Shown in pieces: positions 49,586 through 63,035 of a stretch of DNA of 64,000 bases (within the stretch, counting starts at the first letter, position 1; the number at the start of each line of letters is the position of its first letter). The DNA comes from Octopus sinensis (Eukaryota): assembly GCF_006345805.1 (NCBI RefSeq), contig NC_042998.1:10230001-10294000 (forward strand). Direction: 5' to 3'. The notes below the pieces were generated by a model, which worked only from the letters and a program-made list of their open reading frames with translations, was not told the DNA's origin and ran no database searches. Both the position numbers and the translations under genes were made by a program.

Positions 49586-52500
49586 CATGTATTTGTACTT
49601 TTAGCAAATTTGAACAAACCGATACTTTGTGAGTGAAATGAGGTTGTCAGAAACCATGGAGAAGCAGGGCTTATACTTACGTATATTTGTGCGTATGTGT
49701 GAGTGTTTGTTTATGTATACAATTGATAAGGGAGGCCACATTGTGTAGAGTTTACATTTATACATAAACAGTTGATATTTTGCCTGCAGAAAGTCTTTGA
49801 TCGCTCAGATGCCATGTCACGAAAACATCCGAAAGCTTGCAGATGTTTTGAATGAGTGTGAAACTTTACTACGCTAGTTGATTGTTAATTATTTAGCAAC
49901 ACACACTCACACACACACACACACCACACACACACACACACACACATGCACAGATATGGCTACGTGGTTGAAAAGCTTGCTTGTCGATCACATGGTTTCA
50001 TGTTCTGTTCCACTGTGCAGTATCTTGGACAAATATATTCTACTGTAACCCTAACTCAACCAATGCTTTGTGAATGGATCTGGTAACTGGAAACTGAAGC
50101 CTATCATATGTATTTCTTTACTGCCCACAAGGGGCTAAACACAGAGGGGACAAACAAGGACAGACAGACGGATTAAGTTGATTACATCGACCCCAGCAGT
50201 GCGTAACTGGTACTTTATTTATCGACCCTGAAAGGATGACAGGCAAAGTCGACCTCGGCGGAATTTGAACTCACAAACGTAACGGCAGACGAAATACGGC
50301 TACGCATTTCGCCCGGCATGCTAATGTTTCTGCCAGCTCGCCGCCTTCATATGTGCGTGTGAGTGCGTGCATGTGCGTATGTGTGTTAGTGTCTCCTCGT
50401 CTTGACATTGCATGATATTGGCAAATGAGTGTTCTTCGTTTCTTATCTTTTGTGAAAACATGTCTTTCCATGGGGAAGTATTACCTTCCTTGGAAACAGG
50501 TGAAGATTGGCAACAGGAAGGGTATCTGGCTGTAGAAAATTGGCTCATATGAGTGCATGAAAAGAAAGACAGGGTATTAAAACTTCCAGTAGGGCACCTC
50601 AAAGACTGGTGGGCAAAAGGATGACTACATAAAAGCCCTTGACCAAATACTTGACCAAATCAAATGGTAATGTTAAAACAAGTGACAGATTAAGTCTAGT
50701 AGGCAAGAACAGGTTCAATCCAATTTATGGGCTTCCACAGCTTTCTTTTACTCATTCTTACTGACAAGGTTTGGATCAACCTGAGGTCAAGATAGCAGAA
50801 ACTTGCTCAAGGTGATGTTCAGTAGAATCAAAGCCAGAACCATATGATTGTAAATCTATCAAACCACACAGCAAAGCCTGTACAACATTGAATGATACGC
50901 GTGCCAACCACTATCATCACTATATTCACTTACGGGTACTTTTACACTGTTAGTAGTTTAGGGCGAGCTGGCAAAAACGTTAGCATGCCAGGCGAAATGC
51001 GTAGCCGTATTTCGTCTGCCATTATGTTCTCAGTTCAAATTCCACCAATGTCGACTTTGCCTTTCATCCTTTCGGGGGTCGTTAAATTAAGTACCAGTTA
51101 TGCACTGGGGTCGATGTGATCGACTTAATCCGTTTGTCTGTCCTCTCTGTGTTTAGCCCCTTGTGGGTAGTAAAGAAATAGGTAGTCAAGTTCACAAGTA
51201 ATCAACCAAATGCTGAAATAAGCTAAAGATTATAACAATTTTACTCATGCATATTTAGAGAGCAGGGAAAAAACTATATAAAATATTCTCTAATAATATA
51301 TAAGTTAGTAAACCAGGCGTAATTAATGATATATATATATATATCAAAGTGCATCAGCTCAATGCTAGCATTGAGCTGATGCATTTTGAATGAAACATCT
51401 GTTCATTGATCTTGATAGTAGTAATGTTAACACATACTGTTAACTTTGGTTTATATTTATAATGTTTTATTTTGTCTACAACAACGGTAAGAAGCTTAGA
51501 GAACCTAATCCAATCTGTTGCAGTTAATACTGTGTCAACTGATTCTGCAATCTAGTTATAATTCCTAGTTAGATTGCTTTCACCTCTGTGACTATTACTC
51601 TTGTGAGTCAAATGTCACATTTGATTGCCTTTTCCTTAAATATGTTAGGAACAACTTTGCATCTATATAAGAAATAATAGTGAAGTAGGTTAAAGAGTTT
51701 GTTTTGCAATCATGAAGTTCAACACCAGTGCATAGCATCTTGGGCAAGTTCCTTTTACCTCAGCTTAACTTGAACCTTGAAAGTGAAATTGGTTACATAG
51801 AAACTGGAGAAACGTATGAAATGACCGGTACCTGTAATTCAATGGGTTTCACCTGTGGCACTGTGTCACTCAGATTCTGCCTGAGGAGTACACTGAAGGT
51901 ACAAGTATCTGTGCAAACAACTAGAACATGCATTGCTGAGACTGATGAAAGATCCATTTCATTCATACATACAGCTATCCATACATCCATCCATATATAT
52001 ACATATGTTGCCAGACATGCCTGGCCCCCGTGCCGGTGGCACGTAAAAGCACCATCCGTTCATGGCCGTTGCCAGCCTTGCCCGGCCCTCGTGCCGGTGG
52101 CACGTAAAAAGCACCATCCGTCCGTGGCCGTTTGCCAGCTCCGTCTGGCACCTGTGCGGGTGGCACGTAAAAAGCACCCACTACACTCACGGAGTGGTTG
52201 GCGTTAGGAAGGGCATCCAGCCGTAGAAACACTGCCAGATTTGACTGGGCCTGATGAAGCCTTCTGGCTTCACAGACCCCAGTAGAACCGTCCAAGCCAT
52301 GCTAGCATGGAAAACGGACGCTAAACGATGATGATGATGAAACTAAAAAATTAAGCAGCATTAGAATTTTTTAAAAAAATAGCAAAGTTTTATTTTCTTC
52401 AGTACCTTATAGGCTTTAAAGTCCTTCAACAGTACCCAACAAGGAAACTATGATATTATTTAGGATGTGTTGTAAGACCGCATGGAATAGAGCATTTCAG

Positions 52501-52640
52501 GAAGAACACATCAGACTGATAACAAATGATAACACTGGAAACCTAAATGTAAATACGCTCAACTATGGAAGATAAAAACACAATAAGAGAGGAAACTGAG
52601 ATGAAACTGTATCCAACAACTTCTATATATGTTAAAGAAT

Positions 52641-52836
52641 TTTTACGGAGATGTACTTGCATAGCGAGTGACTTGATCTGAGATCGTGTGCTGGAACAAA
52701 AACAATTGCAGCATGGAAGGTGTTTGTAAGCCATTTAAGAAACACACAAAAACCGTTAGATTCACTTCAGCATTTAAATTTAATTAATCAAAATATTTTC
52801 GTCGCTTTGAGACCGCGACCTGTTCACTGACAAAAC
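52641..52836 (-). mobile_element. Short repeat (about 195 bp) carrying the G3-C8 hammerhead; Penelope/retrozyme-like
   Basis: Same family at 49351-49525 (+) and 16106-16379 (foldback). Confidence 0.7.
52787..52835 (-). ncRNA. Minimal type I hammerhead-like fold with G3-C8 swapped core
   Basis: TTTTGTCA-GTGAACA-G-GTCGC-GGTCTCAAA-GCGAC-GAA-AATATT-T-TGAT; stem I 3' strand reads TGACAAA in sister copies. Confidence 0.6.
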
Positions 52837-53574
52837 TTCAATCATAAATGAACCCCTTACTACCCCAAAATAATGATAATAATAATAAAAAAATAAAACA
52901 AAAAAAAAAACGGCCCAAGATCTAGTCCTTAAATACCTCGAGTGAATTATTCATCACAGATGGCTTAATTTTAATTAGAAAGTTAGTGAATAATTAAAGA
53001 TTTATTAAATTCAACAAAGCCATATTCATATAAGGTATACAACTTAAAATGATACTGGCAAAAACAATAAAAGTAAATAATATTAAAAAAAACCATTCCA
53101 TACAAGAAAACTTTTAAGAAGGAAACTAAATTTATAAATATTTAATAACAATTCATATGAGTTTATTTAAGTGATGCTTAAGTTATTGATTCCATTGGAG
53201 CCTTCATTTCATAATGTTGTGGAACTCAGATATTCCAGTTAAAAATTTGTTTTCTTATCTAAACAAAGCAAGCATCTGTTTGCTTTGCTTATTTTGCACC
53301 CAGCATATGCTTAATCTCAAGTTAACTTGTATACTGCTATAATATTTATTATAGCACATTAAGCTCTAGCAAGCTAGACTTCACTATAAATAGTTTAGCT
53401 TAAGAAAAGAGTAACATTTTTCAATTTATGGGTAATCTAACAACATTCCACAGTTAATAATACTGATGATAAGAGCACACTTGCATTCATATTCAAATGT
53501 AGTTCTTTATTTTTTTCTTATGTATACAACTACACACCCACACACAAATTCTAGATTATATATTATTTCTATTG

Positions 53575-53910
53575 AGACCCCTTTCGGTCATGGCTGACCG
53601 TGGGATTGTACCTAGAAAGTTACTCTCCCAGGCACAAGTCTGGGCAAGGTTGTTTTATGGAAGACCAGCAGTCGCCCATGCATACCAGCCTCCGCTCTCC
53701 ACGCCACCAGTGTTATCCAAGGGAAAGACAAAGGTCGATACAGCCTGGCACCTGTGACGTCGCAACTCATTTCTACAGCTGAGTGGACTGGAGCAAGGTG
53801 AAATAAAGTGTCTTGCTCAAGAACACAACACGCAGCCCGCTCCGGGATTCGAACTCACAACCTCACGATCGTAAGCTCGACGCTCTAACCACTGAGCCAC
53901 CCGCCTTCAC
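53575..53910 (-). mobile_element. tRNA-derived SINE family D
   Basis: GGTGGCTCAGTGGTTAGAGC A box, GAGTTCGAATCCC B box, CTTGAGCAAGACACTT core; partial copy at about 18130-18375. Confidence 0.85.
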
Positions 53911-56190
53911 TATTTCATTGTTTCTAACCTTTATATAAAATAATTTGGGGTTATGACTCTTATAACTAGTATTCATCAATCTTTGTTTATCATAAGGCTG
54001 GGGTTATGTTAAACGACACCCGTTTTTAAGGAAGTTGCCTCCCTTTGGAAACATCACAAAAACTTTCACAGAAATGGTCCTCACTCGGTTCATACACAGT
54101 TTTAATTAATCCAGATTTTACGCTCAGAGTACTGGTTAACCCGGGACATGTGAAACAGAATCCAGGATCTGTTTGTCACAAAGCAAACTCTTAACAACAC
54201 AGTCATGCTTGTTCTCTATTGATTAAATATGCTGGTTTACATCCATATTTCAGTGAGATAACAGGTGATCAAATTTTCGTGATTGCCAGCTGATGTGCAG
54301 ATTGTATCTTATCCCTGGTGTGTTTTCATTTTCTTGTTAGGAGTTGTTTACTTACCAATATTCATCCAGTCGACATTGCTATTAGCCAAAAAAAAAAAAA
54401 AAATACTGGTTTGATGAAAATGTTGCTATTGTTGTTTAACCCCCAAGTTAAGCTGGATAGAATAGACTTATAGTTTGAGAAATATTTGAAAGAAATTGTG
54501 TTGCCACAAAGTAATTTGCGAAAAACATTTTAATTGCATTTCACTGTCTGTATAAGTGATTTTTGTCAGTCATATAAATTGTAGCTCAGCCGACATACAT
54601 GTTGAATACAACTGTACCATCCTCTACAAATGTTTGGTTTGGTTCCAAAGTTAGAAATCAAATACTAAAATCAACCCTAGTGTTCAAGTGGTACTTCTTT
54701 TATTGACCCCCAAAAGGATGAAAGGCCAAGATGACCTCAGTAGAGTTTGAACTCAGAATGCAAAGATGGACAAGATACTGCTAAGCTTTTTTCCCAGTGT
54801 GTTAACAATTTAGCCACCTTGCCACCTTAAAGCATGTAAAGATTGAGTTAAAAAACCTAAGTAGAAAAAGTCAAAAGCTGCCTATGGAACACGAAATCAC
54901 ATCCCTTCTAAACAGTGGATTTTCTATCCAAAGTGTTTTTTCCTTAACCTAATATTTACATGCTATTATTTGTAGCTTTATCTGCTTCAAGATTCACCAT
55001 TCCAAGACAAGAATAATTTTTTTCAATCAATACCTGACTACACTTGAGTCAGAGTAAGACGCAACAAGGTTGAAGTCCTAATACATTATACGTTGAACCT
55101 GTTTGGTATAATAACAATTATTTTAGATCAGCATTATAAATGATGAATACAGAATTAATTCATTCATGTGTGCTACAGCTTGTTAAATAATTTTCCTGAT
55201 TCACTATCAATCAATCTACGTGATCAAATGATTCACCTTGGATATTGATAGCCAGTAGTACTGGGAGTGTTAATTGCAAGGCAGCTGAATAAAACTTAGT
55301 GAAAGATTATGGAAGCATAATCTTTTAATTGTCGAACCATTAAATTCTTACTGTGTCTAATAATAACACCCAAATCATTTGACATGTTAACTGAATTGAC
55401 CTACGTATATTTTAGCTATTAAAAATAATTTCATTGATTTTAGCACTATGGAAACGGCAAAATTTGTGAGGACAGTATAGCTGTTTCAATATATCTGCTG
55501 GATGAGCAGATGTAATAAGCTGTATGAAAGACAAAATCAGTGATAAAATACAAACAATCTGCACATCTGGTGGCAGGCTGGCAATCAGAAAAAAATATGA
55601 TAAACTGCATCACTAAAACACAGATGTGAAATAACATATTTAATCTAGAGAACAGGCATGACTGTGTTTTAAGAAGTTTGGTGTGTCAAAAGTGGTCCTG
55701 GATTCCATCTCACTGCATTGCACATTGAGCATGTGTCTTCCACCATAGTCCTAGGCTGCCCAATACCTTGTGAATTAACTCTGACTGACTGACTTTCTCT
55801 CTCATTCACACACACACGGGTATGAACCATTTCAGTGGAAGGACGTGTTAGTATTTCCAAGAGGAGGCAATTTCCTAAAAATGAGCTTAACTCAACATTA
55901 TGATAAACAAAGATCGTGAAATGAGAACCAAACTAAATACTAGAGTATACGTAATTAACTGAAACCCTTGAGGGCAGTACTTCGGGACGGTTGTAGTCCA
56001 ATGACTGAAATCAGTAAAAGAATAAAATACAATTCTATTGTTAAGAGAGAGAAAAAAGGTCGTAGGAGAGTAAAATATGGAGCCAAACGATAATTATATG
56101 CTGTGGAATGATTATAACATTAGTGGTTTTAATATTCAATACTTATTGTTATAACACACATATTTAGAGGGAGAGAAATTAAATTTAATA

Positions 56191-56582
56191 TCTTTATATA
56201 TAAAAGAAAGGTTGTGTATCTGTCTACTCCGATTTAGATTCCTAACTACTCCCACATTTTGCGGTGCAGTTTAACCAAAACCGGGTATCTTATAGTCGTC
56301 ATTCATATCGAGCGCTTCTGGGTATTAGCGCGCGTCTACGATGAGTCTACGATTTAAAAATAATTTACCATCATTTTTTCCCATTTTAATGCATATTTTT
56401 TAAATATAAGGGAAGTAACTCTCTAAAAATGTCTACGATGAGTCAACGATTTAAAAAAAAATTACCATAATTTATTTTCCATTTTTAATGCATTTTTTTG
56501 CTATTTTTTGGCTATAACTCTCTAAAAATGCTTTATAGTTATTTCCCTTACAAACCCGAGCAACGCCGGGCGATACTGCTAG
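56191..56582 (+). mobile_element. Non-autonomous Helitron
   Basis: TC...CTAG ends at an A|T site. Confidence 0.88.
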
Positions 56583-56784
56583 TTTATTAATATAAATTGC
56601 ATTGTTTCCCCAATATATTTCAATGTTAAACCGCACACAAACACATATATCAGGAGACAAGTGGAATATTCCGAGTGAATAGAAATGCTTTTGTTTACAG
56701 CTTTTTATAAGCGGATATTGAAACAGACCAAACACAGCACACTGCGAGACAAACATCTGACTTAACATTCATTCGTATCCATGA

Positions 56785-57182
56785 CTAGCAGTATCGCCCG
56801 GCGTTGCTCGGGTTTGTAAGGGAAATAACTATATAAGCATTTTTAGAGTTATAGCCAAAAAATAGCAAAAAAATGCATTAAAAATGGAAAAAAAATTATG
56901 GTAATTTTTTTTTAAAATCGTTGACTCATCGTAGACATTTTTAGAGAGTTACTTCCCTTATATAATAGCGAAAAAATGCATTAAAATGGAAAAAATGATG
57001 GTAAATTTTTTTTTAAATCGTAGACTCATCGTAGACGCGCGCTAATACCCAGAAGGGCTCGATATGAATCACGACTATAAGATACCCGGTTTTGGTTAAA
57101 CTGCACCGCAAAATGTGGGAGTAGTTAGGAATCTAAATCGTAGGAGACAGACAGCACACAACCTCACTTTTATATATAAAGA
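56785..57182 (-). mobile_element. Non-autonomous Helitron flanked by a 69-bp direct duplication
   Basis: Inverse of the 56191 copy; 56716-56784 equals 57183-57251 (1 mismatch). Confidence 0.9.
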
Positions 57183-57842
57183 TATTGAAACAGACCAAAC
57201 ACAGCACACTGTGAGACAAACATCTGACTTAACATTCATTCGTATCCATGATTTTACTCGCCAGTTTAAATAAAAGCGTTAAAGGAAGAAGAAAAAAAAA
57301 TAAAAGTGAAAGAGAAGAGAAAGGTCATTCCGGGAAAGAACAAAAATCTATAGGGGGGGGGGGGAGAAAAAGGAAGAGGCAAGGTGGGAGGGAGAAAGAA
57401 AGAGAGAGAGAGGTGGACTGTTAGGTTTAAAGACCTGAATGAAATTAAATGTGCTTGTGTGTATGTGTGTAATGATTCTGTGTCTCTGATTCATTCTCTC
57501 TCTCTTTTTTTTCTCTCTCACCCATATATATACACACATATATACACACCACAGACATTTACAAAGTAATGGTGACCAAAGAGTGAGGGGAGAGCACTCA
57601 GTTTTAATTGCTTGCTTGTAACTATTTCACTTCCAATTGCATTAGCAATGTCCTTGGAAGAGAGAGACAAATGTCACACCAGTTAAATACCATTCCCCAC
57701 CAGGGAATATTTAATAGAACAGGACAAAAGATATCACACACACACAAACAAACACGTATGTGCAGGTTTTGTCCAACTCTTATTCCCCCCTCATTCCGTT
57801 TATGCTATTTTACCTTCCTGCCTATATATATATATATATCTT

Positions 57843-58499
57843 TCTCTCTTTTACTTGTTTCAGTCATTTGACTGCGGCCATGCTGGAGCACCGCCTTTAA
57901 TCGAGCAACTCGGCCCCGGGACTTATTCTTTTGTAAGCCCAGTACTTGTTCTATCGGTTTCATTTGCCGAACCGCTAAGTAACGGGGACATAAACACACC
58001 AGCATCGGTTGTCAAGCAACGCTAGGGGGAAAAACACAGACACATATATATATAGAGATTATTTTAGATCTTAATTATAATATTTATATACATTTATATA
58101 TTTTCATTGATAATTTATATATATTAGTCATTTTAAATATTTATGTAATTAGATATAGACTAATATTGACATTAGATTATGGGTGGGTTTCCTACCTTAT
58201 AAATTAAAATTAATATTTAACATTATAGTCGATTTGGATATAATCATAATTGTTAAGTTCTATGTAAGTTTTTCATTGTATGATTTGACTAATAGTGGTT
58301 TTATCTCTAATTTAATATAATATATATATACATATATACGACGGGCTTCTTTCAGTTTCCGCCTACCAAATCCACTCACAAGGCTTTGGTCGGCCCGAGG
58401 CTATAGTAGAAGACACTTGCCCAAGGTGCCACGCAGTGGGACTGAACCCGGAACCATGTGGCTGGTAAGAAAGCTACTTACCACACAGCCACTCCTGCG

Positions 58500-58502
<3 letters not shown>
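57843..58502 (-). mobile_element. SINE family A split by a unique AT-rich insert of about 260 bp
   Basis: 3' half 57843-58055, 5' half about 58325-58502. Confidence 0.85.
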
Positions 58503-58554
<52 letters not shown>

Positions 58555-59126
58555 TATATGTATGTATATAAGTAAAGACAGATACAAAAAAGAGAGGAAA
58601 AGAGAAATGAAAATGAAAAAATATAAATAGAATATTTTGCATCAATTACTCAGTGCTGGAATGTTTGGATAATATTTAGAATGATGCAGCTCTGCATCTG
58701 AAGATGAGGTGCATATGTCCTTGTAGATGATTTGCCACAAATCAGTCTAGTACAGAATGCTTTAGTACAAGAGAGTGCCAATATCAAGTTTGGAGTTTTT
58801 TTTAACTAAGTGATACAATAGTTGCTTGATCAATCTCTCTCTCTCTCTTTCTTACACACACACAATGCAAAGAGAGAGAAAGAGAGAGACAGAGTTGCTT
58901 TCTTGCTTGTGTGCATTCATTCAGGCAGTGTAATTGAAAGCAATGCACGCAGCAACAAAACTCAGAGAAGCAATTGAGCAATAATTATTCAGCTTTGAAC
59001 AGATAAAGTAAAACAATTACATATGCCGAGTAATTTTCTTCCAATCTCTACATAATACTATGTGTGTGTGTGTGTGGGTATATGTATCATGATTGAATCC
59101 ATCTATTTATATCATATATATATATA

Positions 59127-59513
59127 CTAGCAGTATCGCCCAGCGTTGCTCGGGTTTGTAAGGGAAATAACTATATAAGCATTTTTAGAGAGTTATAGCA
59201 AAAAAATGCATTAAAAATGGAAAAAAAATTATGGTAAATTTTTTTTTTAATCGTTGACTCATCGTAGACATTTTTAGAGAGTTACTTCCCTTATATAATA
59301 GCGAAAAAAATGCATTAAAATGGAAAAAAATGATGGTAAATTTTTTTTAAATCGTAGACTCATCGTAGACGCGCGCTAATACCCAGAAGGGCTCGATATG
59401 AATCACGACTATAAGATACCTGGTTTTGGTTAAACTGCACCGCAAAATGTGGGAGTAGTTAGGAATCTAAATCGTAGGAGACAGACACACAACCTCACTT
59501 TTATATATAAAGA
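59127..59513 (-). mobile_element. Non-autonomous Helitron
   Basis: Same termini, inserted in a (TA)n run. Confidence 0.88.
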
Positions 59514-59822
59514 TATATATATATATATATGATATATATAATCATCATCATTATTTCATTTTCCGCTGGAGGCTCCTTGATTCATTTTCATCTGCCTGTC
59601 ATCCTTCATATACATCACATGTCTATATCCAATTAACTTATCTTTTGCATACTTCAACTGATTCTGCTGAAACCCATTTTCACTCTCAGCTCATTCATGC
59701 TTGCTTTCTGATATATATATATATATACATATATATGTGTGTGTGTATGTGTGGAGAGATAAATAGATTATATATATATATATAGATATATATACGGGTG
59801 TGTGTGATTGTGTATAGAAGAA

Positions 59823-60188
59823 TATATTAATAAAAGGAATTCCAACCTTGTCTGATTTTCACGTTTTATTTACAATCTTATAATGATATATTATAATATA
59901 ATATATTATAATAAAATAAAATAAAATAATAGAATGTTAAATGTTCATTCTGATTGAACTAGTACTTTCATGCATTCAAAAATTGTGAAGCATGACTGTC
60001 ACCACTACTACATGAACCTGAAGATTGCAGAATTTAATGCATGAAAGTATAGTTCAATCAGAATGAACATTTAACATTCTTCTATTTTATTTTATTCTAT
60101 TATATTATATTATATTATCTTATATCATTATAAGATTGTAAATAAAACGTGAAAATCAGACAAGGTTGGAATTCCTTTTATTAATATA
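59823..60188. mobile_element. AT-rich foldback MITE (about 150-bp arms) in a TA context
   Basis: TTAATAAAAGGAATTCCAACCTTGTCTGATTTTCACG... and its reverse complement at the right end. Confidence 0.85.
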
Positions 60189-60207
60189 TATATATATATA
60201 TATATAT

Positions 60208-60432
60208 ATACGAGCAGTGTGCTGAAAAGTTCCCAGCTTTGGGTAAAAGAAAATCCAGGAGAATCAGTTAATTACGATTTTATTCAACATATTCCCTTCT
60301 CTCAGATTTGCACACTTATTGCAGTCGTCCTTCAGTTTTTCTAAGCCATGTAAGGGAACTCGGAACATAAGGGCTCCAACCAGACCTATCATGATACCCT
60401 TAAAGTCAAGAACTTTTTAGCAACCCTTTGTA
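60208..60432. mobile_element. Mariner-like MITE
   Basis: Imperfect TIRs TACGAGCAGTGTGCTGAAAAGTTCC / AGAACTTTTTAGCAACCCTTTGTA in TA context. Confidence 0.6.
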
Positions 60433-60673
60433 TATATATATATATATGTGTGGGTGTGTGTACACATATATCATTATCATTGTTTAATGTCCGCCTTTCA
60501 TGTGGGCATGGGTGGGACTATATATATGTGTTTGCATATATGAATATATATATATATATATTAAACGATGATGATGTGTGTGTATATATATATATATATA
60601 TGTGTGTGTGTATGTGTGTGTGTGTTTATATATATGTATATATACACAATGAGGATATTCAAATATATCTATC

Positions 60674-60704
<31 letters not shown>

Positions 60705-61762
60705 TATATATATGAGAGAGAGGGAGAGTGAGTGTGTGTGTGGTGTGTGTGTGTGTGCGCATGTGAAGGTAAATGGAGAGATATATAGATAGGGAATTAA
60801 ACAGATATATAGAGGGATATAGACGTGGTTGAAAGATTAGATTGGTAGCTAGATTATATTGACAGTTTAAAGCATGAAATGAAACTGAAAAACTGCTTAG
60901 ACATTTTCTTATATACCTATATATTTCAGACAATGTAGGTGTGTATGTGTGTGTGCTTGTATGTTTATGCTAATGAGTGTATGTGTATATATGTATATGT
61001 GTGTGTGTATATATATATATATATATACAAACAGACACACACATACACACACACATGTAACTGTTTATAAATCTACAGACATGTGTATTTGTGTATAAAT
61101 ATGACAGCTATCAGTATTGCAATTGTAAAATTTGTAAATAAAGCAGTTGAAAAGAAAAAAAGATAACATTTATATATATATATATATATATCATCATCAT
61201 CATGTATATATATATATATATACACATACATACAGAGAGAGAGAGATCTCTATATATATATATAGGTAGATGTACATTTCTCCGTATAATCATCATATAA
61301 GCAAAATAAAGTGGTTAGTTATATTATGAAAGTAATTAGTTAGCACACACCTGCCAGCAACATGCTGCGTAAAACTAAAAGAGAAAAAATTGTTTTCTCA
61401 CCAATAATGTCAAATAAAATGGGTAAAACCCCTTGAATTCACTCAATCCATTCATCAACTTCAAACTGCCCTCACGGCCCTTGGACTTCCTCACCTCATC
61501 GAAAAAAAACACACACACACCCAGCTGTGCTGTGACTAAGCTTAGCTCTGAGCTATCAAGATCCGCATAAGTGTTTGGTTTGTTTTGGTTATTTCCATTT
61601 GCTCTTTGAAAAGTTTTCTAACTGTCATGTTAGCAAATTACCAGCAGCAGCAGCAGAAAGAGGTGCAGGAGGAGTTCTGACAATCTCAACAGAACGGATG
61701 TAAGAGTTAATATGCTTGCAAAAGCTAATGTTACTAAGTTATATTACAACATATGATATCAT

Positions 61763-62097
61763 AGAGAGAGAGAGAGAGAGAGGGAAAGAAAGAGAGAAAC
61801 AAGAGAGAGACACACACACACACACACAAAAACACACAAAAACACACACACACAGAGAAACACACACACACACAAACACACACAGAAACACACACAGAAA
61901 CACACACAAACACACACACACAAACACACACACACACACACACAAACACAGAAACACACACACACATACACAAACACACACACACACACACAAACACAGA
62001 AACACACACACAGAAACACACACACACAGAAACACACACACACACAAACACACACACACTCACAAACACACAGAAACACACAGAAACACACACACAG

Positions 62098-62128
<31 letters not shown>
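61763..62128. repeat. Compound (GA)n/(CA)n microsatellite
   Basis: Direct inspection. Confidence 0.95.
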
Positions 62129-62131
<3 letters not shown>

Positions 62132-62639
62132 AGGGATGGGTAGAATGAAAAAAATCTAAGTGAATGGTCACAGTTACAAAACAACAACTCTGTTGAGGAT
62201 GGTTTCTGAAATTATGCAAGTTAATAAACATGATTTCTAACAGAGACCCAAGGTCACATTAATTATAGGTAATAGACCCCAGTAAATTGACTGGTGCTAA
62301 TTTTGTGGTTAAGATCAATTTTGGCAGGATTTGAACTCAGTTGACACATAGCTACAATTATACAAGCAGATGTGGCTGTGTGGTAAGAAGTCTTACTTCC
62401 TAACCACATAGTTTCAGGTTCAGTCCCACTGCAAGGCACCTTGGACAAGTGTCTTCGGCTATAGCAGCAGGTTGACCAAAGCCTTGTGAAAGGATTTGGT
62501 AGATGGGAACTTAAAGAATGTCACCATATATATACATGTGTGTGTGTCTGTGTGTAATTTGCATTCGTCCGTCTGCCACAACTGTTTGATATTGGTGCTG
62601 GTTTGTTTACGTCCCTGCAGATTAGTTTAGCAAAAGAGG

Positions 62640-63035
62640 CGTAGGAGTGGCTGTGTGGTAAGTAGCTTGCTTTCCAACCACATGGTTCTGGGTTCAGTCC
62701 CACTGCGTGGCACCTTGGGCAAGTATCTTCTACTATAGTCTTGGGCCAACCAAAGCCTTGGGAGTGGATTTGGTAGACGGAAACTGAAAGAAGCCCGTTG
62801 TATATATGTATGTGTGTGTGTGTTTGTATGTCTGTGTTTGTTCCTCACAACATCACTTGACAACCGATGCTGGTGTGTTTACATCCCCATAACTTAGCGA
62901 TTCGGCAAAACAGACCGATAGAATAAGTACTAGGCTTACAAAGAATAAGTCCTGGGGTCGAATTGCTCGACTAAAGGCGGTGCTCCAGCATGGCCGCAGT
63001 CAGATGACTGAAACAAGTAAAAGAGTAAAAAGTGA
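62640..63035 (+). mobile_element. tRNA-derived SINE family A
   Basis: Full copy; a partial degenerate copy lies just upstream (about 62370-62520). Confidence 0.88.

Noticed and set aside
61620-61705. First exon of LETM1 or of a divergent gene ((CAG)4, donor-like sites on both strands)
   Set aside because: No recognisable ORF or homology; the strand cannot be decided from sequence.
61716-62231. His/Thr- and Cys/Val-rich ORFs
   Set aside because: Translations of the (CA)n microsatellite.
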